63,469 nucleotides of DNA, filler included, from Octopus bimaculoides (GCF_001194135.2; 6 parts of 6 records of this genome joined end to end with filler, not necessarily neighbours in it); one strand, 5' to 3'; counted from the first letter of the whole stretch, positions 52,000 to 63,469 are shown. Made by a program: numbers and translations. The notes: generated by a model not told the origin, from the letters alone.

Positions 52000-52381
52000 G
52001 TGGAGGCGCAATGGTCCAGTGGCCAGGACAGCGGTCGCGGTCATAGGATCGCGGTTTCGATTCCCAGACCGGGCGTTGTGAGTGTTTATTGAGCGAAAAC
52101 ACCTAAAAGCTCCACAAGGCTCCGGCAGGGGATGGTGTCGAACCCTGCTGTACTCTTTCAGCACAACTTTCTCTCACTCTTACTTATTGTTTCTGTTGTG
52201 CCTGTAATTCAAAGGGCCAGCCTTGTCACACTGTCACGCTGAATATCCCCGAGAACTACGTTAAGGGTACACGTGTCTGTGGAATGCTCAGCCACTTGCA
52301 CGTTAATTTCACGAACAGGCTGTTCCGTTGATCGGATCAACTGGAACCCTCGACGTCGTAAGCGATGGAGTGCCAACAACA
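52000..52381 (+). mobile_element. SINE family C (tRNA-head, OR-like), full length with TSD
   Basis: A box tggtccagtgg, B box ggtttcgattccc, (CAA)n tail; 11-bp TSD ACTGTCCTTCT at 51989-51999 and 52382-52392. Confidence 0.9.
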
Positions 52382-52499
52382 ACTGTCCTTCTAGAAGACG
52401 ATAAGGTTTAATGAGAGGGAGGTTTTACTGCTGTATCTAATCTGTCAAGTTGAAGCACCCCACCCATTGGTTCAGTGAAATCTTAGTTATTAAAGATAG

Positions 52500-53105
52500 T
52501 GTAATTGCGAAGTTGGTGGAGTGGTGGATAAAATACCTTGCAGAATGTGTTCCAGGTCTTTACGTTCTGTGTTCAAATACTACCAAGGTCATCCTTCTGT
52601 GGTCAATTACAGAAACTGTCCAGTACTGGAGTCCCATTTAGATCGATTAACACTTACCCTAAATTTTTGGTTTTTTGCCTATGATAGAAACAAGGATTAA
52701 AGGTGGAGATCAGAAGTGTAAGATTAATATCTCGTAGCACTAAGGCGGTGAGCTGACACACCAAACAGAATACTTAGCGGAATTTCGCCCGTCTTTACGT
52801 TCTGAGTCCAAATTCTTTCGAGGTTGACTTTGTCTTTCATCCTTTCGTGGTCGATAAAATAAGTGTTGCTGAGATGACCATACTTTGTGAGTGAAATTGA
52901 GTTGACGAAACTATATAGAAGCCTTTATATGGATTGTACATGTTATTCAAAAAGATACCGCCTTGTAACACACACTGTCATGCTGATTCCGCCTGAGAAT
53001 TACATTACTGGTTTACATGTCTGTGGAATACTCAGTCACTCACACGTTAATTCAAGAGCAGGTAATTTGGTTAATCAAACAAGGTGAATCTTTCTCGTCG
53101 TCGAA
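52500..53105 (+). mobile_element. Cluster of diverged SINE A copies (52500-52700, 52742-52865) and a SINE C remnant (52920-53105)
   Basis: Piecewise similarity to the full-length copies in this window. Confidence 0.65.
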
Positions 53106-53589
53106 CGACGGAAATCCACCCCACCCCGCAAATATTTGCTACAAATATTTCATAAACAATAACCAATTTCTAACCTGAAACGATTTTGTGCAAAAGAGTT
53201 CAACAAGATCAGTAGTTTTCTTTCAGTTTAAAGAAATAAAATAAAATAAATAGAAAAACATAAACACTCCTTTCACTTGAATCACCATGATCGGTTTATA
53301 GGTCACGCTATCTTTATTCACTCTCAATTTACAAGTTGATTTCAGGTTTTTTTATTAATATAAACCTGTACAGTATGTCTGTCGGTCCTAGAAATACCTG
53401 TCACTATTGTGTGACCGAAGCCAAGCACTGACTAGTTGATACTAAGATCGGACGACCGGTTTGTAGTGACATTGGTGTGATACATAACTCACTGGATTGG
53501 CTCTATGGAATATATTTAGAGCAATTTAGCTGAGCCTAACCCTCTGCAGACTATGGCTACCAGAACAGCTGAACTGCGTTAATATTACA

Positions 53590-53975
53590 GATCCCGCGAT
53601 TCCGCAGAAGTTGACTTCGCCTTTCTTTCTTTCGGGATCGATAATATAAAGCACCAGTTGAACACTGGGGTCGATGTAATCGACTTATCCCCTCTCTTCG
53701 AAATTTCTGGCCTTGTGCCAAAATATGAAATCGATATTACAGAGCCTGCTTTAATACGGCGGGCTGGTAGAATCATTAGCATGCCAGGAACAAAATACGT
53801 AGCGATATTTCGTCGGTCTTTGAGTTCTGACTTCAAATTCGGCTGAGGTCGACTTTGCCTTTTGTCCTTTCGACGTCGATAAATTATGTACCAGTTAAAC
53901 AGTGGGGTCGATGTAATCGACTTACCCACTTCCTCGAAACTCCTGGCCTAGTGCCAAAATTTGAGATCAATATTA
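53590..53975 (+). mobile_element. Tandem pair of SINE family A copies
   Basis: Core gacttcgcc(t)tt..cttcgg..gtcgatgtaatcgactta appears twice. Confidence 0.8.
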
Positions 53976-54109
53976 CTATGCCCTTGTATATGTACGTGTG
54001 TATATTTATGTGTGAATATGTATGAGTATATGTGTGTGTGTAAGTATGTGTGTGTATTTATGTATATGTGTATATATTTATGTATGTGTACGTATGTATG
54101 TATGCCTTT

Positions 54110-54315
54110 GTGTTTGTCCCCCACCACTACTTGACAATTAGTGTTGGTTTGTTTATTACGTTCCTTAGCGGTTCGGCAAAAAGAGGTCTATAGAATAAGT
54201 ATTAATCTTTAAAAAATAACAACTGAAATAGATTTATTCGATTAAACCTTTGAAGGTGGTGCTTCAGCATGGCCGAAGTCTAAAAACTGAAACAAGTAAA
54301 AGATAAAAGATAAAG
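54110..54315 (+). mobile_element. SINE family B, 3' half
   Basis: tttgtccccc..cttagcggttcggcaaaaagag..gcatggccgaagtc..actgaaacaagtaaaag. Confidence 0.8.
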
Positions 54316-54399
54316 GAAGTCTGTAATTTCATATTAATTTTTATTTGTTTTTATACATAATACCATCACGAATGTAAGATATCAGTCTTCATCTATGGC

Positions 54400-55275
54400 G
54401 TCATTTCTTTAACTAGAAAGTTACAACACACGCACAATATTAGTATTTTATATTTTACTCTGCAAGTATTAGGTTTTATGAAAGGTATAAAAATAAAGCA
54501 GTGAACATGATTACAGATAAATAAAATCAAAACCATCATATTTTTAAAGCAGGGGTTCTCAACCATTTTTTATCTATGGACCCCATTGATTACTATTTTA
54601 TTCTGGTGAACCCCATAGCCATTAGATGTTTGAGAACTAGTTTTATAGAAACTTCTTTCAAAATTCCTATTTTCTTTTTCACCCATTAAGTTGTGTATAT
54701 TGATCTATGTAAAATGTAAGAGAAAGAAGCCTAGCTGTTCCTTACAATACATACCAATACATACACCTAAAGCAAAATTTTTTAGGGGTTCCTTAAAATA
54801 CTATTATGGATTTCCAATTTATTATTTTGTTGCATGGAGCCCAAAAATTCTTATATGGAATGTCGGAGGCCATATGGACCCCGATTGACAACCACTGACC
54901 CTAATCATGTTACACCCATTCATGGAGGTGAAATTCTGATCTCACGAAAAAATAGAATTTTCTATTTACATTACAAAAAGATAAAAAGAAAACTGTCACG
55001 TTCGAGAAACTTGAGAGAGAAGATACGTCATCGATGACATCACTGTGCGGTGGAAAATCCAGCAAGTTATCAGTATCCCGCTACGAAATCGTATTTTACC
55101 TTAGGTAGATGAGCACCACCCGAGGTAGCTGCGGTCATGTGTACTAACGGAAAATAACAGCTGTAGTTGATGGAACTTTTCCAGCACTTTGCGGAATTTT
55201 CCATTTCTGGCTTGTCATATTGGCATTCAAAAATCTTTCGGATTTTGGAATTTTTAATAAAGGGTTTTTAACATG
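54400..55275. mobile_element. Second, more deleted copy of the Tigger-like element, interrupted by a hAT MITE
   Basis: Blocks match 44950-45330 (gagaaacttgagagaga..catcactgt) and the right TIR region (tcggattttggaattt..taaaggg..aacatgta). Confidence 0.65.
54550..54897. mobile_element. hAT-Charlie-like MITE
   Basis: caggggttctcaacc / gattgacaaccactg termini with ggacccc subterminal motifs; TSD not preserved. Confidence 0.7.
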
Positions 55276-55445
55276 TAATAGTATTCTCATGTTATTGTTT
55301 TCAATTATTTTAATGATTTCAGTCAAAGAACTGCGACTAAGGTACTTAGTCAGGTACTTGTTCTATTGACATCCATTTGTCAAATTATTAAGTTATGTGA
55401 CTTAAAGGGTTGAAACATAAATAATATCAGTTATAACTTGAATAG

Positions 55446-55654
55446 TATTGTGTCGAGGCTCTCAGGCGAAGAAGTAGGATCTCTCAAGACATATAAATAG
55501 AGGTAGTCTGACCGTGGTAGGAGTGTTGAAGTGTTGAGTAGCAGTTGTGTAGCAGTTGAGTAGAGATAATCAGAAGGTGCTAGATAGCAGTAGCTTGAGA
55601 CATAACAGTGGCGACGAGGATGACACAGCCACTGTGTAGTATTGAGACATAACA
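55446..55654 (+). mobile_element. Miniature LTR-retrotransposon derivative: LTR + PBS + end of second LTR, with 5-bp TSD
   Basis: TSD AATAG at 55441-55445 and 55655-55659; LTR 55446-55607 with tataaatag, ending gagacataaCA; PBS TGGCGACGAGGATG 55609-55622; second ttgagacataaca ending 55654. Confidence 0.75.
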
Positions 55655-56534
55655 AATAGATGTAACCATAATGCAAACACATACATACGATCTCCATATA
55701 TATATATGTGTGTGTGTATACACATATACGTATATATATACGTGTGTGTGTGTGTGTGTTTGTATATCATCCTCATTGTCATCATCAATCATTATCATCA
55801 GTCACCATCANNNNNNNNNNNNNNNNNNNNNNNNNNNNNNNNNNNNNNNNNNNNTTAATTAATTAANNNNNNNNNNNNNNNNNNNNNNNNNNNNNNNNNN
55901 NNNNNNNNNNGATAGATGGATAGACAGACAGACAGACAGACAGATAGATAGATAGACAGATAAATAGGTAGGTAGATAGGTAGATAGATAGAGAGAGAGA
56001 GAGAGAGAGTGAGAGAGATAGAAACACAGAGGGAGAGAGAAGGGAGAGACAGAAAGATAAAGAGAGATAGATATAGAGTGAGACAAACACAGAGATAGAT
56101 AGATAGATATATGCGTACAGATTGTAGATGTGTGTGTGTGTGTGTGTTTGTGTCTGTAGGCAGGCAGGCATCTCTCTCTCTATACATGCTTTGTCTTGGA
56201 GGTTTCTTTAATTCCAGCACGCAATCCATTCCAGTCACTCACAAATCTACCAGACCTAGTCTTATGAATGGAAGCAAGCCAGTTCCTTTCCAATCATTCA
56301 ACAAACACCAATCACTCTCTTTCTCTCTCTTTCTCTTTCTTCATCTCTGTTTCTCTTTCTCCGTCTTTCCGACTTTATCCTTCTATCTTTCTTTCTCTAT
56401 CTCTATCTCTCTTTCTCTCCACGCTGTTTGCGTTTATACATATAATACACATAGACACATACAATACATATGTATCTGCGTGTTTGTATGCATATATACG
56501 TCTGTGTGAATATGTGTGTATATATGTATATATA

Positions 56535-56790
56535 TCATCATCATCATCATCGTTTAACGTCCGCTTTCCATGCTAGCATGGGTTGGACGATTTGACTGAG
56601 GACTGGTGAGACCGGATGGCAACACCAGGCTCCAATCTAATTTGGCTCAGTTTCTACAGCTGGATGCCCTTCCTAACGCCAACCACTCAGAGAGTGTAGT
56701 GGGTGCTTTTACGTGTCACCCGCACGAAAATGGCCACGCTCGAAAATGGCCATGCTCGAAATGGTGTCTTTTATGTGCCACCCGCACAAG
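56535..56790 (-). mobile_element. RTE-type LINE/SINE 3' end with (GAT)n tail
   Basis: Antisense of ttggcgttaggaagggcatccagctgtagaaac..ccaacccatgctagcatggaaagcggacgttaaacgatgatg; matches 61250-61630. Confidence 0.75.
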
Positions 56791-57504
56791 NNNNNNNNNN
56801 NNNNNNNNNNNNNNNNNNNNNNNNNNNNNNNNNNNNNNNNNNNNNNNNNNNNNNNNNNNNNNNNNNNNNNNNNNNNNNNNNNNNNNNNNNNNNNNNNNNN
56901 NNNNNNNNNNNNNNNNNNNNNNNNNNNNNNNNNNNNNNNNNNNNNNNNNNNNNNNNNNNNNNNNNNNNNNNNNNNNNNNNNNNNNNNNNNNNNNNNNNNN
57001 NNNNNNNNNNNNNNNNNNNNNNNNNNNNNNNNNNNNNNNNNNNNNNNNNNNNNNNNNNNNNNNNNNNNNNNNNNNNNNNNNNNNNNNNNNNNNNNNNNNN
57101 NNNNNNNNNNNNNNNNNNNNNNNNNNNNNNNNNNNNNNNNNNNNNNNNNNNNNNNNNNNNNNNNNNNNNNNNNNNNNNNNNNNNNNNNNNNNNNNNNNNN
57201 NNNNNNNNNNNNNNNNNNNNNNNNNNNNNNNNNNNNNNNNNNNNNNNNNNNNNNNNNNNNNNNNNNNNNNNNNNNNNNNNNNNNNNNNNNNNNNNNNNNN
57301 NNNNNNNNNNNNNNNNNNNNNNNNNNNNNNNNNNNNNNNNNNNNNNNNNNNNNNNNNNNNNNNNNNNNNNNNNNNNNNNNNNNNNNNNNNNNNNNNNNNN
57401 NNNNNNNNNNNNNNNNNNNNNNNNNNNNNNNNNNNNNNNNNNNNNNNNNNNNNNNNNNNNNNNNNNNNNNNNNNNNNNNNNNNNNNNNNNNNNNNNNNNN
57501 NAAG

Positions 57505-57677
57505 AAACACACAAAAACCATTAGATTCACTTCAACATTTAAATTTAATTTGCCAAAATACTTTCGGACTGCAGTATAGAATTTTGTCGGTGAACAGGTC
57601 GTGGTCTCAAAGCGCCGAAAATATTTTGGCAAATTAAATTTAAATGCTGAAGTGAATCTAACAGTTTTTGTGTGTTT
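57505..57677. repeat. Palindrome: 63-bp arms, 47-bp loop (probable fold-back MITE core)
   Basis: 57505-57567 is the reverse complement of 57615-57677 with 4 mismatches; the left arm almost abuts a gap. Confidence 0.85.
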
Positions 57678-58099
57678 GTTAAATGGCTTATAAACACCTT
57701 CCACGCTGCAATTGTTTGCGTTCCGGCACACGATCTCAGATCAGGTCACTTGCTATGCAAATACATTTCCATATATATATAGATGTATATTTTTATATTT
57801 ATGTATCATTGTATTCTATACGTACAGGCTTATAGTAGTAATATTATTCCACGTGTTCTTTAAGATGGTAATATTCCTGTTTACTTTCTGCTGTAACCAT
57901 TTCCAAAGACATGGCTCACATCTTTAGGCATTTCATTTCTTCAAAGAAAACAAAACCATTCTGTGTTGTTGTTGTTGTTGTTGTGTGTTTCAACAGAGTT
58001 GTATCAGTGGCAGACGTTCGCAGGCGGAAATCTTGGAGAATGGAGAAGAAGGAAGAATGAAGAGTCAAACCGATTATTGCGGCGGGAGGGAGATGAATG

Positions 58100-58470
58100 C
58101 GCTTTGTGTATGTGTGTTTGTTTGTTAGTGTGTGTGTGTATGTGTGTTCGTTTCTGTGTTTATGTGTGTGCATGTTTGTTTGTTTGTGTGCGTGTGTTTC
58201 TTTGTTCATTTGTATGTGTGTTTGTTCGTTCATTTGTGTGTGTGTTTGTTCGTTTGTGTGTATGTGTATGCATGTTTCTTTGTTTGTTTGTGTGCGTGTG
58301 TGTTTCTTTGTTCATTTGTGTGTGTGTGTTTGTGTGTATGTGTATGCATGTTTCTTTGTTTGTTTGTGTGTGTGTGTGTTTCTTTGTTCATTTGTGTGTG
58401 TGTGTGTGTGTTTGTTTGTTTGTGTGTGTGTGTGTGTGTGTGTGTTTGTGTGTATGTGTGTGTGTTTGTT

Positions 58471-58501
<31 letters not shown>

Positions 58502-58598
58502 TTGGTCATTTCTGAGCTTGTGTGTGTGTTTGTTTGTGTGTNNNNNNNNNNGTGTGTGTGTGTGTGTGTGTGTTTGTGTGTATGTGTGTGTGTTTGTT

Positions 58599-58629
<31 letters not shown>

Positions 58630-58720
58630 TTGGTCATTTCTGAGCTTGTGTGTGTGTTTGTTTGTGTGTGCGTGTTTGTTCGTTTGTGTGTGTGTGTTCG
58701 TTCGTTTGTGTTCGTTTGTT
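58100..58720. repeat. GT-rich compound microsatellite
   Basis: (GT)n/(GTTT)n with a duplicated block on either side of a 10-N gap. Confidence 0.9.
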
Positions 58721-58960
58721 TTTACGTGCCACCGGCACGTAAAAAGCATCATTTATACGCGATCGTTTCCAGCTTCACCTTACTGGCACTTGTGCCGGTG
58801 GCATGTGAACAAAACATTGGACTGGCTCTGAGGCCCAAAGTTCAAAGACCACACTTCACCACCTCGTCCCATGTCTTCCAGAGTCTACCTCTTCCACAGG
58901 TTCCCTCCACGGTTAGAGATTGGCACTTCTTTGCACAGATGTCTTCGGGAATGGTTAAAT
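58719..58960 (-). mobile_element. RTE-clade LINE RT C-terminal fragment plus a rearranged 3' UTR piece
   Basis: Minus strand translates to CAKKCQSLTVEGTCGRGRLWKTWDEVVK..L*TLGL (GRGRPRKTW motif). Confidence 0.8.
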
Positions 58961-59523
58961 AAACTCCATCATACAATTTCTCTCATCATTCATAACTTTT
59001 ATTTTATACTTTCTAGCTTGTCAAACATTCATACATTATAAATTAGTCCTTCCTAAATTTGGTCAATGTGGTATTTCTTATTCTGGAAGTAGGTCATCTA
59101 TTTTTAGCCATCAATCTTAAGCCATTGTTAGCTCTTATGGAATTAAATGGTAATTGTCAAATTTCTAAATTGCTGGAATCATGAACCATTCTCTATTACT
59201 TTCCATTTCTCTCTGTTTATTACGATGGCAAGAAGCTTTCCATTTCATATCCCCCCCCCCCACCGCTCCCCGATATCCCACTTTCCTTATATTTCCGTTT
59301 TTTAAAATTTTTTTTATTTTTAATTTTTCTATTCTTATTTTCGTTGTTTTTTTACTTTGTCACTATATTTCATCCTCTTCGCTTTTGTGCCTGAGTATAC
59401 CTCTTTAAGAATTATATCTTAGTCTCTCAACTGCAGCTCTGACAACAACCCTATAATCTAGGATTAAATTGTTGTCTTGGTCTTGCTTTTTTTCATCATC
59501 ATCATCATGACGATCCTTTAATG

Positions 59524-59769
59524 CAGTGGTTTTGCAACCATTGTTTGCCTGTGGGACCCTTTGATTCCCCTTATACGCTAACTAGACCATCTAAGGCATT
59601 TGATGTTGTAAAAAAACTCCCTTTTATATTTTTATAATTAAATGTTATCAGAGATTGCATGAAAATGAATTAAAATATTTTGTCTTTTGTAGAAGTAAAG
59701 CCAATTTATTGCTCATAAAATTTTATATTGACCCCCAGAGGTCATGTGGACCACAGTAGAGAACCTCTA
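59524..59769. mobile_element. hAT-Charlie-like MITE, same family as 54550-54897
   Basis: cagtggttttgcaacc..gggaccc..gaccccc..cagtagagaacctct. Confidence 0.6.
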
Positions 59770-60258
59770 ATATAGAGGTTTCTCTTATTGAATTATATAT
59801 ACATGAGACAGTAGGGTGTGATTTGAGGGAGATTTGGCTGCTATTACTTGCATGCCTAGCTACCACATATATTAATACATATATTAATACATATGCAATA
59901 TGTATATACATGCATACATACATACATAGACACACACACACACAAAATAATGAAACGTACACACATACACATAAACGATAAAAATCTGTTGGTTCCAACA
60001 GAGGGAGCCACTGACAAACAGATGAATCCCCAATGGGTCCCTAATGAAAAGAAAAAAAAAGACCTTTTTTGTTTTGTTCATTCTTTATCCTTTCATTGAT
60101 AAAATCTTCGTTTCCAGTAAGAAGAAGATCTTGTGGCCTCAGTTGTGCCATTTACGTTAGTCGAAATGTCAGATATTAATGAAGAAGAAATAGAAATATG
60201 AAGGTTTGATTAGGTTACCATAGTAACAGACTACACAAGCATGTAAATGTACATATTA

Positions 60259-60317
<59 letters not shown>

Positions 60318-60650
60318 NNNNNNNNNNNNNNNNNNNNNNNNNNNNNNNNNNNNNNNNNNNNNNNNNNNNNNNNNNNNNNNNNNNNNNNNNNNNNNNNNNN
60401 NNNNNNNNNNNNNNNNNNNNNNNNNNNNNNNNNNNNNNNNNNNNNNNNNNNNNNNNNNNNNNNNNNNNNNNNNNNNNNNNNNNNNNNNNNNNNNNNNNNN
60501 NNNNNNNNNNNNNNNNNNNNNNNNNNNNNNNNNNNNNNNNNNNNNNNNNNNNNNNNNNNNNNNNNNNNNNNNNNNNNNNNNNNNNNNNNNNNNNNNNNNN
60601 NNNNNNNNNNNNNNNNNNNNNNNNNNNNNNNNNNNNNNNNNNNNNNNNNN

Positions 60651-60800
60651 NGTCCCCGTAATTTAGCGGTTCGGCAAAAGAGACCGATAGAATAAGTACT
60701 AGGCATCCAAAGAATAAGTCCTGGGGTCGATTTGCTCGGCTAAAGGCGGTGCTCCGGCATGGCCGCAGTCAAATGACTGAAACAAGTAAAAGAGAAAAGA
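60651..60800 (+). mobile_element. SINE family B, 3' end emerging from a gap
   Basis: gtccccgtaatttagcggttcggcaaaagagaccgatagaataagtactagg..aaatgactgaaacaagtaaaagag. Confidence 0.9.
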
Positions 60801-61126
60801 GAAAGAGATATATATATAATCAAAATAAGCAACAAGGATATCCAAAGTTAATGCAGTACGATCGTTTCATGCAACTCCATTTATTTAAGCAATGCGATCA
60901 TTACATTAAATGTAAAATGCAGAGCAATCTTCAGCTGCACAAAGATACAGAAGATTTACTGAAATTTCATTTCAGTAGAAGGACATATTACCGTTGTGAC
61001 TACATTTAAACAATCCAAGTGGGAAGGAAGAACACAAAAAACCATTTTGACTTAGCCAAAACAAACAGGCTGGTAATTAATTCTAAGCAGAATTTAAACT
61101 GTCACTTATTTTATTTGTTTTTTGTC

Positions 61127-61192
61127 AAGAGGGCTCCAGCCTTTTGCTAAGAGGGCACCAGCCATTTGTTAAGAGGGCACCAGCCTTTTCCT
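61127..61192. repeat. 22-bp minisatellite x3 (aagagggcaccagccttttgct)
   Basis: Units start at 61127, 61149 and 61171. Confidence 0.85.
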
Positions 61193-61249
61193 TATAAGGA
61201 AAGGGAAGGGGTAAACAATATACATGGATATGGTTATAAAGATTCCTTT

Positions 61250-61630
61250 GGCACATAAAAAAAGCGCCATCCAAATGTGGCCAATGCCAGTGCCGCCTGA
61301 CTGGCTCCAATGCTAATGGCATGTAAAGAGCACCGTCTGAACATGGCCGATGCCAGTGTCGCATGACTGGCTCCTGCGCCAGTGACCCATAAACAGCACC
61401 CACCAGTCTTGAGCTAACTGGATCCTATAAAGGAGCTGTTGTGGTAGCAGACCATGAAACATGGTTGAAATTCCTTCCTGGAGTGGTTGGCGTTAGGAAG
61501 GGCATCATAACTGTAGAAACCTTGCTAGATCAGATTGGGGCCTGGTGCAACCTCCTGGCTTTTCCGTCCCCAGTCAAACCGTCCAACCCATGCCAGCATG
61601 TAAAGCAGGCGTTAAACAATAATGACGATG
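61250..61630 (+). mobile_element. RTE-type LINE/SINE 3' region
   Basis: ggcacataaaa..gccagtg..gactggctcc repeats, then gttggcgttaggaagggcatc..ccaacccatgccagcatg..cgttaaac. Confidence 0.75.
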
Positions 61631-61869
61631 TTGTTGTTGTTGTTGTTGTTGTTGCTATTGTTGTCACTGTCATTACTGCCGTTTGCATTGTTGCAGGTGT
61701 TGTCGTTGCTATAGGAACAAAACCAAAATTTCATTACGATGATTTGATAAATTCATTCTAACTCCAAATTACCTGCCATTGACGTCATGGCTACGTTAGG
61801 GTACTTCGGAGTATCTATTGTGTTTCTTATACTTGTCTCAGTCATTAGACTGTGGCCAGGCTGGGGCAA

Positions 61870-62080
61870 TGCTATTCAAAGCAGTGCCCCAGCCTGGTCA
61901 CAAATATCGGCCCCCGGGTTTTTTAAAAATTTTTACGAGCCTAGTACTCATTCTATCGATATCTTTTTCCAAACTGCTAAAGTTACAGGGAGGTAAACAA
62001 ACCATCACCGGTTGTCAAGCAGCAGTAGGAGGCCAAATACAGACACAAAGACACACATACACACACACACACACACACAT
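61870..62080 (-). mobile_element. SINE family B, diverged 3' half
   Basis: gagcctagtactcattctatcga..ttttccaaactgctaa..tcggttgtcaagc-like blocks. Confidence 0.65.
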
Positions 62081-62212
62081 AGTGAGGTGGTGTAGTATGA
62101 TCTTTGAATGTGGGGGTCTCATGGAGGCGCTGACAAGTGACTTAGACCGAAATTAGTCAAGCCATGTGAAATTGTAGCTCCATTCTTTAATCTGTATGTT
62201 CTATGAAGATAG

Positions 62213-62456
62213 GAGGCGCAATGGCCCAGTGGTTAGGGCAGCGGACTCGCGGTCATAGGATCACAGTTTCGATTCCCAGACCGAGCGTTGTGAGTGTTTA
62301 TTGAGCGAAAACACCTAAAAGCTCCACGAGGCTCCAGCAGGGGATGGTGGCGAACCCTGCTGTACTCTTTCACCACAACTTTCTCTCACTCTTACTTCCT
62401 GTTTCTGTTGTGCCTGTAATTCAAAGGGTCAGCCTTGTCACACTCTGTGTCACGCT
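62213..62456 (+). mobile_element. SINE family C, young copy running into a gap
   Basis: ggaggcgcaatggcccagtggttagggcagcggactcgcggtc..; highly similar to 52000-52381. Confidence 0.9.
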
Positions 62457-63013
62457 NNNNNNNNNNNNNNNNNNNNNNNNNNNNNNNNNNNNNNNNNNNN
62501 NNNNNNNNNNNNNNNNNNNNNNNNNNNNNNNNNNNNNNNNNNNNNNNNNNNNNNNNNNNNNNNNNNNNNNNNNNNNNNNNNNNNNNNNNNNNNNNNNNNN
62601 NNNNNNNNNNNNNNNNNNNNNNNNNNNNNNNNNNNNNNNNNNNNNNNNNNNNNNNNNNNNNNNNNNNNNNNNNNNNNNNNNNNNNNNNNNNNNNNNNNNN
62701 NNNNNNNNNNNNNNNNNNNNNNNNNNNNNNNNNNNNNNNNNNNNNNNNNNNNNNNNNNNNNNNNNNNNNNNNNNNNNNNNNNNNNNNNNNNNNNNNNNNN
62801 NNNNNNNNNNNNNNNNNNNNNNNNNNNNNNNNNNNNNNNNNNNNNNNNNNNNNNNNNNNNNNNNNNNNNNNNNNNNNNNNNNNNNNNNNNNNNNNNNNNN
62901 NNNNNNNNNNNNNNNNNNNNNNNNNNNNNNNNNNNNNNNNNNNNNNNNNNNNNNNNNNNNNNNNNNNNNNNNNNNNNNNNNNNNNNNNNNNNNNNNNNNN
63001 NNNNNNNNNNNNN

Positions 63014-63312
63014 TGGTGGTGGTGGTGGTGGTGGTGGTGGTGGTGGTGGATGTAGTCAGGACAGTATCGGTGCTAGTTGTAGCGGTGGTGATAGTAGTGA
63101 CGACAGCTGTATCAGTAGTATTAATCATGGCAGAGGTGGTTGTGCGGATAACAGTATTGGCAGCAGTCCTGGTGGTGGTTGTGGTAGTGGTTGCAGTAGA
63201 AATAGCATTGGTGACATTATTCGGAGTGGTCAGGGCGGTAACTGCAGTTGTCCTTGTAATAGTAGTAGTAGTGGTGGTAGTAGTAGTCAAGGCGGTGGTG
63301 GTGGTAGTGTCT
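63014..63312. repeat. Degenerate (GGT/AGT)n trinucleotide tract (Thr-rich on the minus strand)
   Basis: Trinucleotide periodicity throughout. Confidence 0.8.
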
Positions 63313-63469
63313 GCTTGATAATCCATTACATGTAAGTCTAATCCCATACAATTCAGATAAGCCCCTACTTAATCCATCTGGATCTTCCTTGTCGCCACAC
63401 ATATAAATACATACATATATATATACACACACACATATATATATATACACATACGTACATATATATATA

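Noticed and set aside
52000-52075. tRNA-like sequences at SINE heads (also 62213, 15683, 5052)
   Set aside because: They have A/B boxes but no complete cloverleaf or acceptor stem and continue into SINE bodies; not tRNA genes.
58390-58665. Duplicated gtttggtcatttctgagcttg block
   Set aside because: The identical copies flank a 10-N gap inside a microsatellite; probably a contig-overlap artefact.
14265-60706. Long X-filled ORFs (e.g. 15781-16918, 24303-25616, 49529-50674, 56606-57731)
   Set aside because: Open only because N gaps contain no stop codons.
62421-63347. 308-aa Thr-rich mucin-like ORF
   Set aside because: More than half is N gap, and the rest is a degenerate (ACC/ACT)n tract like 1150-1545; no convincing splice signals or signal peptide.

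Overview
AT-rich, microsatellite-dense, gapped animal genomic DNA. The SINE families and repeat style point to a coleoid cephalopod, most likely Octopus (inference). I could not confidently identify a host protein-coding gene; there are only a few low-confidence candidate exons at 6.7-14.3 kb. The window is mostly transposon-derived. It holds three tRNA-headed SINE families (about 30 copies and fragments), a degenerate near-full-length Ty3/Gypsy element (26512-31130, minus), and a hAT/Buster transposon with TIRs and a perfect 8-bp TSD (31776-36083) that carries a nested irritans-type mariner. It also holds an internally deleted Tigger/pogo element with a nested mariner MITE, several MITEs and fold-back elements, and fragments of RLE-type (HERO-like, R4/Dong-like), Tx1/L1-like and RTE non-LTR retrotransposons. 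The most unusual structure is a 5S rRNA retrocopy joined by an A-rich linker to a full-length tRNA-SINE. The pair is bounded by one 14-bp TSD and inserted into the B box of an older antiparallel SINE (9840-10240). Other oddities are a 209-bp LTR-PBS-LTR-end mini element with a TSD, a possible composite hAT, an ORF1-only LINE ending in poly(A), and a tandem array of tRNA-like SINE heads. Most ORFs in the supplied track are artefacts of microsatellites or N gaps. The TTAATTAATTAA words inside 100-bp gaps are assembly linkers. Identities are estimated by eye and family names are recalled from memory; no searches were run.
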